Below, piece after piece: positions 33,273-36,905 of a stretch of DNA of 36,905 nucleotides. Every line of letters starts with the position of its first letter. The stretch's first letter is position 1. The notes beneath the pieces are model-generated. The model was not told where the DNA came from. It ran no database searches and was given only the letters and a program-made list of their open reading frames with translations. The position numbers were made by a program, and so were the translations under genes. The DNA comes from Macrostomum lignano (lineage: Eukaryota), in NCBI GenBank assembly GCA_002269645.1, contig NIVC01004729.1, positions 1 through 36,905 of the forward strand. Direction: 5' to 3'.

Positions 33273-35825
33273 TCAGGCCCTGTGCTCGCTGGTGCTGCTG
33301 CCGTTGCTGCCCCTGTTAGTCGTGGCAGCCTGCGCCTGCTCAACCTCGTGGTCGTCGACCTTGTTGGGGCCGAGCTTGATCAGCTGATACACCTGATGGG
33401 ATTGGGCCGGTGGAATTGATTGACAAAAATTATTGTTAAAAAAGATGCAAGAAGCATCATAAGGGGCCGTATGCAGAAAGCTCCGTCTAGGTTAGTCCGG
33501 TCTTGAAAAGCTAGTCTGGACTTGGATTTGGTATGCAGAAACACAAAGTTAGACCGGTCTACTATAGACAGAACTAAGGTAGCTAGACCATAGACTATAT
33601 ACTAAACTACCCAAGTCCGGACTAGCTAGTCTGGACTAGGCTTTCTGCATACGGCCCATTGTATAAAGAGAATGACAAGTTAAGCACCAGATTTGAGGCC
33701 GAAGTATGTCTCTGGACCAAATCGGACATGAATGGGATGTCCATGTCCGACGGTCCGACCAAACCGGAAATAAATGATGTCTCGCCATTTCTAGTTGACT
33801 GTTTCAACAAGTCCTCGTACTCTTGTTGAGTCAGTCTGAGGTAGTCTGATGTCAACAGATTTTTCGTACACCACTATAGTACGTTAGAATTCACTGAACC
33901 CAATCAATATGTTTAATTTTTCGTTGAGATTCTCGGGTCAGGGACGATTCTTACTTAATAATTCACAGTTTCTTTCGTCCTAAAGAACTGGCATAAATGA
34001 GAGACAGAGAAGAGTGAGTGAGTTCCTACAGTTAAGTTCCCAAAATGCGGAGACAAAAAGAGGTTATAGAGAAGCTGCACGCGCACTGAAGCTGTTATCG
34101 ATAAAAAACCAGCTAACAAAAGGTCAACTTTATCAGCTTGATGAGCCCTTAAATTGGATATATGGGATATACAATCTGACACCACAGCCATACTTAACAA
34201 ACCTTGTGACCGAAGATAAGCAGAATGGTAGTGGTGCAGCCAATCAGAATGCAGGCAGAGACGAGCACGTATCTCAGGCTTTTCTCGCTCTCGGCAGCAC
34301 AAATGACAGCGTGACACCGATCAGCCCCATCACCATGGTGTTGTACACGCAGATGCCGATCTTCTTCGAATCGTTCAGGCCCTCGATGTAGACGTTGCGA
34401 GTCTCCCAGGCTAGGAATATTCCGATGACAAGTAGGATGCCTGGAAGCGGACAGACAGGAATACCGGTTAACAGACAGCATCACAGCAGGACTACCGGTT
34501 AAGAGACAGCATCACATGTCAGTACATCAGCAGACAGGGTTACCGGTTAACGGACTACCAGTCAAGAGACAGCATCACATGTCAGTGCATCAACAGACAG
34601 GAATACCGGTTAACAGACAGCATCACAGGCCAGCAGACTAATAGACGGGAGTACCAGTTCACAGGCAGCATCACCGGTAAAAAAAACAGGAGAAATCAGC
34701 CGCACCTTTCATGCCGAAGAGTACACCCAGCCAGGTGAACCAATATTCGCTGTGGCACACGTAAATTTGAGGCCTTGTAATAATTCCCTCGTCGGCGTCC
34801 TCCTGTTGGTTAATGATTTGATTATTTGACTTTGCTCTTTGTTGTAACGTTTGCGTGCGTTGTTTTTGTACGAGCTAACTCTTAATACAAAGTAATTTTC
34901 TGTCAGATGTAAGATATCAGATCATAAGATTAGGACTCACCAGTTCCGGCAGGTTCAGTATTCTCATTTGGGTGAATCGACCAGGCCCCAGATCAAGAAA
35001 AAGATCGCATCCGATACTAGAAGAACGGCAACCACTCCAGCCAGGTGGCGGTCCTTGATAGCCTGGGAAAATGTATAAAATAACTTCAAAGTAATTTGGC
35101 TGTGAGCAGAAGTCTTTCAAATATTGTTGGACTCCCAGTGGCAACTCCTGGAATTTCGATGGTTTTGGAGCCATCAAAGGGGCGCCGTACCATCACAAGA
35201 CTGTGGGAGTTCGAAACACAAGTAGAAGCTTAGAGGGCAAGTTGTTTTGCTGCTACTGCCCACGAATACGCAAAAATAATGATAGAGACCAGAAACATAA
35301 GAATAAGATCTTTCTTTCTGCGACACAGCTCCAGATTGTGCGCTCCAGGCCGATCCAGTCCCTACCCCACTCCTGGCTCTGCGTTGTCGATATGTTGTCT
35401 TTAAGCAAGCCCAGCAGTTTTAGAGCGGGTTATTAGCCTCACCATTGTTCGCAGTCGCTTATTAGTAAAAATTCGGTGCACACGCCAGGTTTTAGCCAGC
35501 ATGCCGCCGTATGCGGACGAATAGCCAAGTGCCAGGGTGACCTGCTGCGCCCAGCACAGATCTGTCGTGGTTACCCAGTACGAATTCACTGACATCATCA
35601 GGCAAGAGGCGAAGCACAGAATACATCCGCAGCCAATGATATAGTTGATGTTGGGGCTGCTCATCTTAATTAGTCTCAGATGCCGGTAGCAGTAGTTGAC
35701 TATCATTGTGGCCGACGTGAAGCATATTCCCAAAATGGATAGAGCAATTACTATTATAATGAGAATTTTGTTGACGACCAACTTCTGCAGTACCAATCGT
35801 GGAACATCTTTGGGTCGATAGTTGC
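33273..35825 (-). CDS. Second GABA-B-like class C GPCR paralogue, 3' five exons (7TM + tail); 5' part not found in the window; two apparent -1 frameshifts
   Basis: Exons 35443-35825 (383 nt, same as gene 1 exon 10; IKMSSPNIN, LAKTWRVHRIF), 34941-35062 (122 vs 123 nt; AIKDRHL), 34706-34802 (97 nt), 34203-34440 (238 vs 239 nt; [15 protein letters not shown]), 33273-33392 (VYQLIKLGPNKVDD...stop, homologous to [14 protein letters not shown]). Confidence 0.85.
33464..33657. mobile_element. MITE (PIF/Harbinger-like GGGCC termini) in the last intron of paralogue 2
   Basis: 18-bp TIR GGGCCGTATGCAGAAAGC / GCTTTCTGCATACGGCCC; no clean TSD seen. Confidence 0.65.
34452..34680. repeat. Imperfect intronic minisatellite
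   Basis: Recurrent TACCGGTTAA and AGACAGCATCACA modules. Confidence 0.75.
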
Positions 35826-36214
35826 CTGTGAGTGAATGCCGGAGAAGCATGTGAATTAGCAATTCGTCCAGGAATGGATAAGAAGCAATGAGAAAGTTTT
35901 TAAAGAATAGACAGTATTATATAGAGACAAGCTGTTGAAACCCGCGATTTTGAACCCGGGGAATTCCAATCGCCCGGAACTATTTTTGCATGTATTCTGA
36001 AATCTAAGGCCATACACAAACAAAAACTTGTTAATAGTTAGTAGGATAGAGGTAGACATAAAATGGAGCACATTCGTGTAAAATTAGGGTTTGAGACATT
36101 GTTGGCTGGGTACTGCGCAGAATGTCAGGCAATGTCTGTCTGACTCTAAAACATATATTGCTAAACTCTGGTCTCTCCCTGACTCTCCCTACGTCCCTTG
36201 GATCCTTTAAAATT

Positions 36215-36683
36215 TCTATCGTCTCTTTGTTTCCTTTCATCTCTCTCGTCCCGTCTCTCCCTCTTCCTCTCTCCCCTCTTCTCTCGTATCTTCCTCATCT
36301 CTCTTCTCTTTCATCTCTCTTATCTCATCTCTTGTCTCTTCTTTTCTCTCTCCTCTCCTCTCTCCTCTCTACTTTTTCGTTTTCTCTCTCCTCTCTCCTC
36401 TCTCTCCCTCTCCTCTCTCCTCTCACCCCCTCTTCTCTCTGATCTTCCTTCTCCTTTCTATTCTTTTCTCTCTTCTCTTAACTCTCTCCTCTAATCTCTC
36501 ATCTCTCGCCTCTTCTCTCGTCTCTTCCTCACCTCTTTTCTCTCTCTCGTCTTTGCTCTCTCATCTTTCCTTTCTCTTCTTTTATCTTTTCCTCTATCTC
36601 TTCTCATTTCTCTCTGCTCCCCCTTCTCTCTCTCTCTATCTCTCTCTCTCTCTCTCTCTTCTCTGTCTCTCTCTCTTATCTCT

Positions 36684-36723
<40 letters not shown>

Positions 36724-36905
36724 CTCTCTCTCTCTCTCCTCTCTCTCTCCGTCTCTCTCTCTCTCTTCTCTGTTTTTCTCTCTTATCTCTCCTCCTCTCT
36801 CTACTCTCTACCCTCTCCATTCTCCTCTTTCCTCTCCTCTCTCCTCACTCACTTCTCTACCTTTGTCTCTCCTCTCTCCTCTCCTCTCTCCTATCTTCTT
36901 TCGTA
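36215..36905. repeat. CT-rich low-complexity / (CT)n tract
   Basis: Directly visible; a similar tract occupies 1-55. Confidence 0.95.

Noticed and set aside
33622-33990. Alternative terminal exons for paralogue 2 (DYLRLTQQEYEDLLKQ; FFRTKETVNY)
   Set aside because: Phases do not fit, and 33273-33392 is clearly homologous to the last exon of gene 1.
36122-36820. Leu/Ser-rich and Arg/Glu-rich ORFs
   Set aside because: Artefacts of the CT tract.

Overview
AT-rich, intron-containing animal (probably invertebrate) genomic DNA; the species cannot be determined from the sequence. Main content: (1) a complete 14-exon GABA-B-receptor-like class C GPCR gene on the minus strand (10220-27585, about 739 aa), reconstructed by hand from splice sites; (2) the five 3' exons of a tandem paralogue with matching exon architecture (33273-35825, minus); (3) in the 9-kb intron 6 of gene 1, a full-length BEL/Pao LTR retrotransposon (identical 300-bp LTRs, 5-bp TSD, disrupted gag-pol) lying 15 bp from a decayed IS630/Tc1-type DNA transposon; (4) an indel-riddled HMGB exon at the left end; (5) many non-autonomous elements (foldbacks, MITEs, tRNA-derived SINEs, micro/minisatellites). 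The most unusual signal is a pair of 64-nt relics of the 28S rRNA H68-H71 region (the R2/I-PpoI target site) inside a 1.55-kb TIR-bounded element that also carries a small spliced exon. Several -1 frameshifts fall in short homopolymers and may be sequencing errors. All alignments were done by eye or from memory; no searches were run.
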